DNA of 64,000 bases, taken from NCBI GenBank assembly GCA_019308905.1, contig JAFDHF010000002.1, positions 75,854 to 139,853 on the forward strand. Reading direction: 5' to 3'. The first letter of the stretch is position 1, and each line of letters begins with the position of its first letter. A program made the position numbers and the translations under genes. The notes beneath the pieces were generated by a model, which ran no database searches, was not told the DNA's origin, and saw only the letters and a program-made list of their open reading frames with translations. Positions 48,897-58,468 of the stretch are shown piece by piece. Source of the stretch: Deltaproteobacteria bacterium (GTDB taxonomy: Bacteria > Desulfobacterota > BSN033 > WVXP01).

Positions 48897-50504
48897 ATGG
48901 CGAAAGAAGGAGTGGTATTTGCAAGAAAGGCCAGTGGGTTGACAAGAGAAGCGGGGCTTCTCGATACCACCTACTTCGGCATAATGAACAATGCCGTTCC
49001 TATCAGCATATGGTTTGTCCTGATGGCGTTCTACTGGCTTCCCGGGGCGAGTCTCACCCTTGCATGCCTGCTCGCCCTCGCAATGGTCGTCTTCGGTTTC
49101 GCCTCGGTCTGGGGTATCCTCGGGGGTTCCATGCCGCGAAGCGGAGGCAGCTACGTCTACAACTCGCGGATCATCCATCCGGTCATCGGCCTCGGCGTCA
49201 GTTTTGCCAATGCCGGCTTCGTCATGCTCTCCTGGATATGGGTGCTCGCTCCATGGGTGGGGGAGGTCGGCTTCCCCATCATGGCGGGCTGCCTGGGGAT
49301 CCCCCTCGAGTCCGTTGAACCCTTTACCTCCGGGTGGGGTCTCTACGCGGTGGCGACTATTGTCAATGTCACAGCCTTTGTTGTGGTCATGTCCGGGATG
49401 AGGACCTACTTCAGAATCCAGAAGATCTTTGTCACCTGGTCTCTCATCGGGGCTGCCATTGCAGGTATCATAATTACGGCTACCTCCAACAAGGAGTTCG
49501 TGCAGGTCTGGAATAACCTTGCGGCCAAGATGGGATCGCTGGATTGGAATACCACCGTGGCTGCCGCCACAAAGGAGATCGGGGAGATACCGGATACCTG
49601 GAATTGGAAATCGACGATCGGGATGATGCTGCCGGTGAGCTGGGTAGCCATATACGGCTATATCATCACCTTCATCGGCGGCGAGATCAAAAGCCCCAGG
49701 AAGAACATCTTCACGGCCCAGATCCTCAATGCCGTCATCTGTATCGGTTTTCTCCTCTGGGTTGGGCTGGCTTTCAAGAGCATGACCGGCTGGAAGGGAC
49801 TCCATGCGATCTCGTTCCTGAGCGACACGGAGAACACATTGAACGGGTACACGTTCCCGTTTCACACGACCTATATCAACGTGGCCTCCATGCTTGTGAA
49901 CTTCAATGTCGTGCTTGGGATCATCATGGCCGGCGCCTTCATGGTGGCTGACTGGCTCTGGATCGCTTTCTCCTACATCGCCTGGAGCCGGGCGGCCTTT
50001 GCGTGGGGCATGGACGGGCTCGGACCTAAATGGTTCACCGACATCTCTCCCAAGTACGGCCAGCCGGTGAAGCTGCTGCTCGCCATGTTCATCGCGGCCC
50101 AGATAGCCCTGACAGAGTACGCCTTCAACCCCGAGGTTCTCGCCTCCATCTCAGTGGAGGTAGTCCAGCTCGGATCGGTCTTCGGCGTGACCTGTCTCGC
50201 CTGTCTGATATTCCCCTATGTGGGGAAGACTTCCCACATCTGGAACGCATCGCCTTACAAGAACTGGCGCATTGCAGGTATCCCCTATGCAACCATCGCC
50301 GGCATCATCGGGTTGGCTCTGGTGGTGATGATGGTGTACGCTTACTATATCACCGAGGAGTTCGCCTTCATGCACAACATCTGGACACTGATCTACGGGA
50401 TCGTGTGGGCCATAGGGATCACATGGTATTTCGTCTGGAAGAACAAGAGGGCTAAAGAGGGCATCGACGTGACCCTCGCCTTCACCGAGATACCGCCTGA
50501 GTAA
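48897..50504 (+). CDS. APC-superfamily amino acid/polyamine/organocation permease
   Basis: About 12 transmembrane segments and an APC-type N-terminal region. Start refined to the ATG at 48897, which has a GGAAGGAGGG ribosome-binding site. Confidence 0.85.
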   Translation: MAKEGVVFARKASGLTREAGLLDTTYFGIMNNAVPISIWFVLMAFYWLPGASLTLACLLALAMVVFGFASVWGILGGSMPRSGGSYVYNSRIIHPVIGLGVSFANAGFVMLSWIWVLAPWVGEVGFPIMAGCLGIPLESVEPFTSGWGLYAVATIVNVTAFVVVMSGMRTYFRIQKIFVTWSLIGAAIAGIIITATSNKEFVQVWNNLAAKMGSLDWNTTVAAATKEIGEIPDTWNWKSTIGMMLPVSWVAIYGYIITFIGGEIKSPRKNIFTAQILNAVICIGFLLWVGLAFKSMTGWKGLHAISFLSDTENTLNGYTFPFHTTYINVASMLVNFNVVLGIIMAGAFMVADWLWIAFSYIAWSRAAFAWGMDGLGPKWFTDISPKYGQPVKLLLAMFIAAQIALTEYAFNPEVLASISVEVVQLGSVFGVTCLACLIFPYVGKTSHIWNASPYKNWRIAGIPYATIAGIIGLALVVMMVYAYYITEEFAFMHNIWTLIYGIVWAIGITWYFVWKNKRAKEGIDVTLAFTEIPPE

Positions 50505-50527
50505 AGCAAGCCCTCAGGGTCTTTCGG

Positions 50528-50566
50528 CTTTTCCAGCGGACTTGAAATCCGGTCCGCTGGAAAAGC
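50528..50566 (+). terminator. putative terminator hairpin after the APC permease (cttttccagcggac ... gtccgctggaaaag), lacking a clear 3' U-tract
   Basis: 14-bp inverted repeat read directly from the sequence. Confidence 0.4.
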
Positions 50567-50598
50567 AAAACCTAAACGAGACAGGAAGGAGCCGGTTT

Positions 50599-51582
50599 GT
50601 GAAGATACTCTTTTCCACTGACGTTCATGGATCCGATGTCTGCTTCAGGAAATTCCTCAACGCCCTCAAGATCTACAAGGTCGACGTGGGTATACTCCTG
50701 GGCGACCTCTGCGGCAAGATGATAAACCCCATCATCAAACAGCCGGATGGAACGTATATCGTCCATCTCCTCGGAGAAAGGCGGCAGCTCAAGACCGAAG
50801 AGGAGCTCCAAACCGCACAGAAAGAACTCGCTGCCATGGGCAACTACTACATCCTGACCGATCCCGAAGAGGTGGAGGTTCTCAAGGCCGAGGGAAAGAC
50901 CGTTGCCGGAAGGATCGATGAGCGGGCCACTCAGATCTCACTTAGTGCGGGAAAGGTCGAGACCCTGTTCAAGAAACTCGCCCTGGAAAGGCTCGAGAGC
51001 TGGATGAGACTCGCCGAGGAGAGACTGGAAGGCAGCAACATCGAGATGTTCATGGCCCCTGGAAACGACGATATCTTCGAGATGGACGAGGTCCTGGACC
51101 GGTCGACGTACGTAGTGAATGCGGATAATCGAAAAGTGGACGTCAAGGGCCACGAGATGATCACCCTTTCCTGGTCGAATCCCACGCCCTGGGACACACC
51201 GAGGGAGTGCTCAGAGGAGGAACTGGAAGAGAAGATCGAGAAGCTCGTCTCCCAGGTGCAGGACATGGAGACCGCCATCTTCAACTTCCATGCCCCTCCT
51301 CATGGAACCATGCTCGATGAATGCGCCAAGCTGTCCGAGGACCTCGTCCCATCCACGGAGGAGAGTATTTCAGCCGGGAGCGTGGCGGTCCTGAATGCCA
51401 TAAAGAAGTACCAGCCTCTCCTGGGACTCCATGGACACATCCACGAATCCCGGGCCGTGCAAAAAATCGGAAGGACCACCTGTATAAACCCTGGCAGTGA
51501 ATATACAGAAGCAATCTTGAGGGCCGTACTGATCACCCTCGAGAAGAACAAGGTGAAAAACTACATGTTTGTGGGTGGATGA
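50599..51582 (+). CDS. calcineurin-like metallophosphoesterase
   Basis: Metallophosphoesterase motifs (STDVHG, GDL, GNDD, GHIHE). GTG start placed after the hairpin. Confidence 0.7.
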   Translation: MKILFSTDVHGSDVCFRKFLNALKIYKVDVGILLGDLCGKMINPIIKQPDGTYIVHLLGERRQLKTEEELQTAQKELAAMGNYYILTDPEEVEVLKAEGKTVAGRIDERATQISLSAGKVETLFKKLALERLESWMRLAEERLEGSNIEMFMAPGNDDIFEMDEVLDRSTYVVNADNRKVDVKGHEMITLSWSNPTPWDTPRECSEEELEEKIEKLVSQVQDMETAIFNFHAPPHGTMLDECAKLSEDLVPSTEESISAGSVAVLNAIKKYQPLLGLHGHIHESRAVQKIGRTTCINPGSEYTEAILRAVLITLEKNKVKNYMFVGG

Positions 51583-51600
51583 GCGGGGAGAGGACAAGAA

Positions 51601-52443
51601 ATGGAGACATTCAGACTCCCTTCCGAGATTCCGGAAGAAGAGTGGCCTGACCCATCTGTCTTCATCGAGGAGGCAAAGGCCTGCGTCCAGGAGGCCCAGG
51701 AAAAAGGAATAGTCATCAGGATCATGGGCGGTATGGCGATATACCTCCATTCCCAGGAGCATGAAGAACTCTGGAAAAGGCTCGGAAGACTCGGAAAGAA
51801 GGTGTTCACCGACATCGACTACGTCAGTTACGGCAAGTACCGAGCCAAGCTGCTCAAGTTTTTCGAGACCAGAGGATTCACCATAAACCAGAGAATGCTC
51901 TACCTCTACGGGAAGGCCCGGCATATCTACTATGGAAGCAGGATCCCCATGGTGGAGGTCTTCTATGACAAGCTGGAGATGAATCACACCATCCTCTATG
52001 CGGGAAGGCTTGAGGCCGATTCCCCTACCCTGCCCCTTGCCGAGTTGCTGCTCCAGAAGATTCAGATGGTGCACATGAACGAAAAGGACGTCAAGGATAC
52101 CATCGTGCTCCTCCGGGCCCACGAGGTCGGGGATGACGACGATGACAGGATAAACCGCAAGGCGGTGGGTGAGAGGCTTCTCTCCGATTGGGGGTTTTAC
52201 TACACCGCAACAAGCAATCTCAAGAAGGTGAGAGAATCTCTCACCGGCTACGACGCCTTGGATGAACAGGACGTTTCAGTGGTCGACAAGAGACTGGGCG
52301 AGCTCCTCAAGTACCTGGAAGAGGGCCCCAAGAGCGTAAGATGGAAGTTGAGAGCGAAGCTGGGAACAAAGGTGAAATGGTACAACGTCATCGACGACTG
52401 GGATGTCATCAGCAAGGAATCCTCTGAAACCGAGAAAGAGTGA
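51601..52443 (+). CDS. hypothetical protein (280 aa, acidic, no recognisable family)
   Basis: Good ribosome-binding site and codon usage. It contains an acidic DDDDD tract. Confidence 0.5.
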   Translation: METFRLPSEIPEEEWPDPSVFIEEAKACVQEAQEKGIVIRIMGGMAIYLHSQEHEELWKRLGRLGKKVFTDIDYVSYGKYRAKLLKFFETRGFTINQRMLYLYGKARHIYYGSRIPMVEVFYDKLEMNHTILYAGRLEADSPTLPLAELLLQKIQMVHMNEKDVKDTIVLLRAHEVGDDDDDRINRKAVGERLLSDWGFYYTATSNLKKVRESLTGYDALDEQDVSVVDKRLGELLKYLEEGPKSVRWKLRAKLGTKVKWYNVIDDWDVISKESSETEKE

Positions 52444-52483
52444 TAGAGGGGCTTGAATCCGGGTACAAGAGGTCCAGGCCGTT

Positions 52484-53155
52484 ATGTTTCGATCAAAGAG
52501 GGCCCGACAAGACAGGACACCATCGAAACTGGAGCACCTCTGCTATCTGGTTGTACAGCTCGACTCGATCAGGGCCTTCAAGAGGATCGCACTAACGGAG
52601 ATCGAACGATCCTTCCAGGAGATCCACCAGAGCAAGCTCTGGGAGGAGATCCGGCCCGACGTGGAGAAAATCGTCTATTTCCCTTCCACAATCCCTCGCG
52701 CCCTGAAACTCATGCAGGTCTCCGCCCTGCTCAGGCGGCTGTTCCCGATCTGCCTCTTCTCGGTGATTCTCTTTGTGCTCGATCAGGCTGGAATCGTATC
52801 GTTGCCCACTTCACCTGCGGCTTCTTTTGTCTTCATCATTCTCCCCATCGCCATCTTGATCGCTTTCGTCTACGCCGACCTCCTCACGAGGCGCACGATA
52901 ATCCAATACGAACGCAGGCACCCGAATATGCAGACCAAGCAGAAGGAACACATCAAGACCGCCATTGAAAGGCTCATCCAGGAACTGAACAGAGAGATTC
53001 AGGCCGTGGGGAGGAAGCCCGGCAACTACAAGATGGAAGTCTTCTTTACAGATTACAGAGGAATAAACATCGTGAGGGAGAACAGGGCAAGGCTGTCGAG
53101 AAGGAAGTATCCCGTCTATCTCGCCATACCCGCCCCGACGGGGGCGGCCGAATAG
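52484..53155 (+). CDS. hypothetical membrane protein (2 predicted transmembrane helices)
   Basis: Two hydrophobic helices (LFPICLFSVILFVL and FVFIILPIAILIAFVY). No recognisable homology. Confidence 0.45.
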   Translation: MFRSKRARQDRTPSKLEHLCYLVVQLDSIRAFKRIALTEIERSFQEIHQSKLWEEIRPDVEKIVYFPSTIPRALKLMQVSALLRRLFPICLFSVILFVLDQAGIVSLPTSPAASFVFIILPIAILIAFVYADLLTRRTIIQYERRHPNMQTKQKEHIKTAIERLIQELNREIQAVGRKPGNYKMEVFFTDYRGINIVRENRARLSRRKYPVYLAIPAPTGAAE

Positions 53156-53416
53156 TCGAGACCCGGCCCTTTAGACCAGAGTCCAACCATGACCCAACTC
53201 AAAGCCATACGGATGGAGACTCAAGGCGTTGCCGGGGCCGTCTCCACGGCTCTTTGTGTCTCCTCCCTTACCGAATCTCTCTTTCACCGAGTCCCACCGC
53301 ACGCCCAACAGACTGGAAGGCCCAGAGGGTACCAGAGAAAGTCCCGAGGAAACCCTGTGCCCATCTTTCTGTTGTGTCGTCATAACACCAAACCCAAGAA
53401 GGAGGTATGAAAGGTT

Positions 53417-54718
53417 ATGGAGAGTGGCAAGAAAAGCCGGGAAATGCTGAACAGAGCCCAACAGGTCATCCCCTTGGGGGTTAACTCGAACTTCAGGTAC
53501 TGGGGTGACGACAAGACCCTGATCATCAAAAGGGGCCAGGGAGCCTATATCTGGGACCAGGATGACAGGAGGTACATCGACTACCGCCTCGGTTTCGGCC
53601 CCACCATCCTAGGGCATGGGTATCCCTCGGTCGTCGAGCGGGTAAAGGAGGCCCTGGAGATGGGGAACGTCTTTGCCATGACGAACGAATACGAGATCTC
53701 AGCCGCGGAGAAGATCAAGAAGCTCACAGGAGTAGACCTGGTGAGATACGCGAACTCGGGGACAGAGGCCACCATGCACGCCATCCGGATCGCCCGGGCG
53801 TATACGGGCAGGGACAAGGTGCTCAAATTCGAGGGATGCTACCACGGCTTCCACGACTACACGCTCTGGAACTGCCAACCTCCCATTCCCGGCGCCGGCT
53901 ATAGAAGATCACCGGTGCTCGTGGCACAGGGCTCGGGAATCCCACAGGTCATCGCCCAATTGGTCTATTCCATTCCCTTCAACGACGAGGAACTCCTTGA
54001 GAAAAAGGTGAGAGAGAGCTGGGGAGATATCGCCTGCATCATCATCGAGCCTCTCATGGGAAACACGGCTTCCATCATGCCCAAGAAAGGCTTTCTCGAA
54101 CTCGTCCGAAGCCTCTGCGATCAGTACGGAATCGTCATGATCATGGACGAAGTCAAGACGGGTTTCAGGATCGCAAAAGGCGGGGCCCAGGAATACTTCA
54201 ACATCAAGGCCGACCTCGTGACCTATGCCAAGGCCCTGGGAAACGGCTTCCCCATAGCGGCCATCGGCGGCAAGAAGGAGATCATGGGCGAGATCGGCTG
54301 GCAGAAGATTCCCCACGGCGGAACCTATTGTGCCAATGCCGTGGCCGTCGCTGCCGCCGATGCGACCCTCGACGCCATCGCAGGAGGGGCTCTTGAAAAG
54401 GTCGATGCCCACGGCAGGATCCTGGCCGAGGGGCTCAAGAACGTCTTGAAAGAGAGAGGCGTTCCCGGAATAGTCCAAGGCCCTCCATCCATGCCGGGGG
54501 TGGTCTTCACGGAAAAGGAGGAGGTCCGCGAGTATCGGGACTGGGCCGATTCCGACCACGACACATACGAGGAGGTCATCCTGAAGCTCTTCGAGAAGGG
54601 CGTGATGCCGGACAAGGACTCCAGAGAGCCATGGTTCATCTCGGCCTCCCACAGCGACAGCGATGCGGACCAGGCAATCGGGGCCTTTGACGAAGCCGTG
54701 AAGGAAGTGTTCGGCTGA
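53417..54718 (+). CDS. class III aminotransferase, glutamate-1-semialdehyde-aminomutase-like
   Basis: PLP class III features (GTEATMHAIRIARAYTG and DEVKTGFR with the catalytic Lys). Confidence 0.85.
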   Translation: MESGKKSREMLNRAQQVIPLGVNSNFRYWGDDKTLIIKRGQGAYIWDQDDRRYIDYRLGFGPTILGHGYPSVVERVKEALEMGNVFAMTNEYEISAAEKIKKLTGVDLVRYANSGTEATMHAIRIARAYTGRDKVLKFEGCYHGFHDYTLWNCQPPIPGAGYRRSPVLVAQGSGIPQVIAQLVYSIPFNDEELLEKKVRESWGDIACIIIEPLMGNTASIMPKKGFLELVRSLCDQYGIVMIMDEVKTGFRIAKGGAQEYFNIKADLVTYAKALGNGFPIAAIGGKKEIMGEIGWQKIPHGGTYCANAVAVAAADATLDAIAGGALEKVDAHGRILAEGLKNVLKERGVPGIVQGPPSMPGVVFTEKEEVREYRDWADSDHDTYEEVILKLFEKGVMPDKDSREPWFISASHSDSDADQAIGAFDEAVKEVFG

Positions 54719-54742
54719 AATCCGGAGAAAGGAGGTGAACTC

Positions 54743-56197
54743 ATGCGGAAAGGTCCAGTAGCAGGCACCGAGATGTCGACAGGCTGGGGCCTGAAGACCC
54801 TCACACAGGACGGCCTCGAGAAGATCCATGCGGCCACGCTCGATGTCATGCAGACCACGGGGATCTCGGTGGGGAGCGATGAGGCCCTCGACATCCTGGA
54901 CAAAGGCGGGTGCTGGGTCAACAGGAAAACCCAGGTGGTGAGATTCCCCCCCCACATAGTGAAGGAAGCCCTTTCCACCTGTCCTGGCCGCATCCTGCTT
55001 GCCGGCCGTGATCCGGCCGACGATTTCATGATGGGCGGGCGGGAAGTCGGGTTTACGACCTTTGGAACAGGCGTCCTTGTGGTAGATCCCGAGACAGGAG
55101 AGGTCAGGCCTTCGACAAAACACGACATGGGGATGACAGCCCTTCTGGCAGACGCCATGGAGAACGTGGACGTACTCACAACTCCTGTAGCAGCCAGGGA
55201 CAAGCCCGATTCATCCTACGATCTCCACATGGCCGAGGCGAGTTTTGTCAACTGCTCCAAGCACCTTCACAGCGATGCCGAGGACGGCCAGAGGGCGATA
55301 AAGATCATAGAAATGGCCTCGGCCATCGTGGGAGGCGAGGAACAACTCAAGGCGAGACCGATCGTCTCCTTGGCCATCTGCCCCACGAGCCCTTTACAGC
55401 TCATCGAGCCCATGGCGGAGGTGATCATCGAGGCTGCCAGACACTGGATTCCCATCGACGTCCTCAGCATGGCCATGGCCGGCGCTTCAAGCCCCATCTC
55501 GCTCTCGGGGGCCATGGTCACCCACAACGCAGAGGTCCTTTCGGGTATCGTCCTGGCTCAACTGACCAGCCCCGGCGCCCCGGTGATCTATGGCAGTTCC
55601 ACCACGACCTTTGATATGAAAAGGGGAACCGCGGTCGTGGGGGCGCCGGAACTCGGGATGATAAGCGCCCTGGTGGCGGAGCTTGCCAACTACTACAACC
55701 TTCCGAGCTATGTCGCCGGCGGGTAGGCTGATTCGAAGATATCCGATGCCCAGGCAGGCCACGAGAAGACCGTTACGGCTCTGCTGCCGGCCCTGGCAGG
55801 GGCCAATCTCATCTACGGTCTGGGCATGCTCGAGATGGGCATGACCTTCAGCTTCGGCCAACTGGTCATCGACGATGAGATCGCGGCGATGGTCAAGAGA
55901 GTGGTTGCAGGGGTTTCTGTCGAGGACGAGCCGATGGGTGTGGATCTGATCAAGCAGGTGGGCATAGGGGGTAACTTCCTGACCCAGAGGCACAGCCTCA
56001 GGCACGTGGCCACGGAGCAATCTCAGGTGAGGATCTTCGATCGTCGCATGCGAGGAGCATGGGAGAAGAGAGGATCCAAGGATCTGCTTCAAGTGGCAAA
56101 CGAGAGAGCCCTGGAGTTGCTGAAAACCCACAAGCCCCTTCCGCTACCCGACGGAGTCGAGGAACAGCTAGAAAGGATCGTGGCCAGTGCGGAATAA
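54743..56197 (+). CDS. mttB: trimethylamine:corrinoid methyltransferase (MttB) homolog with an in-frame amber codon (TAG at 55724-55726) at the conserved pyrrolysine position. The predicted full product is 484 aa with Pyl near residue 328.
   Basis: The ORFs 54743..55726 and 55826..56197 are in the same frame and separated by a single TAG with no other stop. Both halves are MttB-family sequence. The TAG position corresponds to Pyl334 of methanogen MttB. Confidence 0.75.
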
Positions 56198-56254
56198 ATC
56201 GCATGAAGGAATCTGTGGTCCGAAGAGAAAGGATTCTCCATCGAGGAGGGAGAA

Positions 56255-57664
56255 ATGACGACCAATATCTTGACCAGGATGGGCGACGGGGAGAGGGTCT
56301 CCATGTTGCCCGACCAAGTCAAAGAGGACCTCTGGGCAGGGACCAGGGATGCGGCCCAGAGGGGTGGAATTCCGGAACTTTCCCAGGAGGAGGTGGAGCA
56401 GCTCTTCGATATTTTTGCCGACACCAACCGCATCGTCAGTGTCCGTCCAGGCCACGAGGTTGTCATGACGGACGATGGCGGTGCCATGTTGCTTGTCTGC
56501 GAGCAGAGCGATGGAGGGGTGGGGATTCCCATGAGCCGGCTCCAGTCGATTCTAACCTATGAGCGGGGTTGCGCGGCCGACACTGCATCGCTCGGACACC
56601 ACGATTACAGCTACAAGGCCGTGAAGCCCCTGGTCTTCTATGAGATGCAGGAGTATTACGCCGCATCTCAGGTAACCACTATCCCCCTCTTTTACGGTTC
56701 GCAGCCCAATCTGGGCCTGTATTACCAGCCTGACGGCCCCTTTCCCAATCCAGCGGATCTTCTCCCCCAGGGCAAGATCAGGGAAGCCAGAGAGACCCAG
56801 GAAAAGGCGGCCGACCGCCTCAGGAAGGACATGGTCTATATCGGCACCAAACTCTACGAGGTCGGCTGCGAGGGCATCAACTTCGATACCGCGGCCTCAG
56901 CCGGGGACGCGGATTTTTGGGCGACCCTGGAGGCCGTGGCCGAACTCAAGGGTGCGGCCCCACACATGGCCGTGGAAGTGGGGATGTCCAGTGAGTTCGT
57001 CCTGGGCATGCACGGCGAGATCAAGTTCGACGGCAAGCGGCTCGCAGGTATGTATCCCCACGAACAGGTAAAGGTCGCGGAGGCTGCAGGGGCGGATATC
57101 TTCGGTCCAGCCGTGAACGTAAACACCACGAAATCGATGCCGTGGAACCTCGCCAGGGCTGTGACCTTTGTCAAGGAGACCGTTCGAGCTGCCAGAATTC
57201 CCGTCCACGTCAACGCAGGCATGGGGGTGGGAGGAGTCCCCATGTTTGAGATCCCTCCTATTGACTGTGTGACCAGGGCATCCAAGGCATTGGTCGAAAT
57301 CGGGAAGGCAGACGGGTTGTAGGTGGGCACGGGGGATCCTTTCGGCATGCCTATGGCCCACATAATGGCTGCGGGTATGGGTGGCATGAGGACCGCCGGA
57401 GATCTGGTGGCCTGGATGCAGATGACCCGGAAGATGAAAATAGGCGAAGCCAAACATTATGTGGCAGAGAGATTGGGCCTGAGACCGGTGGACCTGTCAG
57501 ACGAGGAGGTCATGCGCCGGGTTAGGGAGGAGCTCGGCATAGGCGTGATCACGGCGGTGGCAGGGGATGCTAAAGGAATAGCGGCCAAACTCAAGATCGC
57601 CGAACTGCTCGATATTCGGATCAATTCGGTCGATCTGTTCAAATCCAGGATCGGCTACCCGTGA
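56255..57664 (+). CDS. mtbB: dimethylamine:corrinoid methyltransferase (MtbB, Dimeth_PyL family) homolog with an in-frame amber codon (TAG at 57320-57322) at the conserved pyrrolysine position. The predicted product is 469 aa with Pyl at residue 356.
   Basis: ORFs 56255..57322 and 57323..57664 are contiguous and in the same frame. Strong MtbB-like motifs lie on both sides of the TAG ([29 protein letters not shown]...TAG...[29 protein letters not shown]). Confidence 0.75.
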
Positions 57665-57746
57665 ATTGAGTCCAGAGCGGCGAGATCACTTTTCGTGATT
57701 CAAGGTCACCCGGTGAGAAGAGCTGTTCCAGGGAGGGATTCGCAAC

Positions 57747-58427
57747 ATGAACGAAGAACTCATGGCTGAGGCCAGAAAGTCCATTACGGAAGGCGATAAG
57801 AACAAGGCCGGAGAAATTGCAAGGAAAGGTCTTTCACAAGGACTCGACCCCATGGCGCTTCTTGAGGATGGCTTTATTCCGGCGATAACAGAGGTGGGAA
57901 GACTCTTTGAGCAGGAGGAGATCTTCCTGCCAGAGCTGATGTTGGCCGCCGAGGCGATGAAGACTGCCGCCGCGATCTGTAACGGGGCCCTGCCCAAGGA
58001 AAGGGTGAAGCAGATAGGTCGAGTGGTCATAGGAACAGTCGAGGGCGATATCCACGACATCGGGAAGAGCATCGTTGAATCCTTTCTCTCTGCCCACGGC
58101 TTCGAGGTCCACGATCTTGGCAGGGAGGTACCCACCGATGAGTTCATCAAGAGGGCCGTTGAGCTGAAAGCCGACGTCATCGCCACCAGCGCCATGCTGA
58201 CAACCACCATGGGGGCACAGCAGGACCTGGAGGATGAGCTGAGGAAGAGGTTTCTCCGCGACAGGTTCAAGACGATCATCGGAGGAGCACCTGTGGACCA
58301 GCAGTGGGCGGATACAATCGGTGCTGACGCCTATGCAGAGGATGCCTCTGAGGCCGTGCAGAAGATCAGGGAACTCCTCGGATCCCAGGCCTCCGCGGCC
58401 CCTGAGAAAGGTCGAAAGAATCGGTAA
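57747..58427 (+). CDS. cobalamin-binding corrinoid protein (MtbC/MttC/MtgC-like)
   Basis: N-terminal helical cap plus a B12-binding Rossmann domain with the DxHxxG motif (GDIHDIGK). Confidence 0.85.
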   Translation: MNEELMAEARKSITEGDKNKAGEIARKGLSQGLDPMALLEDGFIPAITEVGRLFEQEEIFLPELMLAAEAMKTAAAICNGALPKERVKQIGRVVIGTVEGDIHDIGKSIVESFLSAHGFEVHDLGREVPTDEFIKRAVELKADVIATSAMLTTTMGAQQDLEDELRKRFLRDRFKTIIGGAPVDQQWADTIGADAYAEDASEAVQKIRELLGSQASAAPEKGRKNR

Positions 58428-58468
58428 AAGGGGTTCAGGCGGCCAAGACCGGAGGGGGGAACTAATTC

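Noticed and set aside
54743-57664. Interpretation of the split mttB and mtbB reading frames as pseudogenes or sequencing errors
   Set aside because: Each gene has exactly one in-frame TAG and no frameshift. Each TAG is at the residue position where archaeal MttB (about 334 of 495) and MtbB (356 of 467) carry pyrrolysine. Both flanks retain full-length conserved sequence. Two adjacent genes with a nonsense mutation at precisely the Pyl site is not credible by chance.
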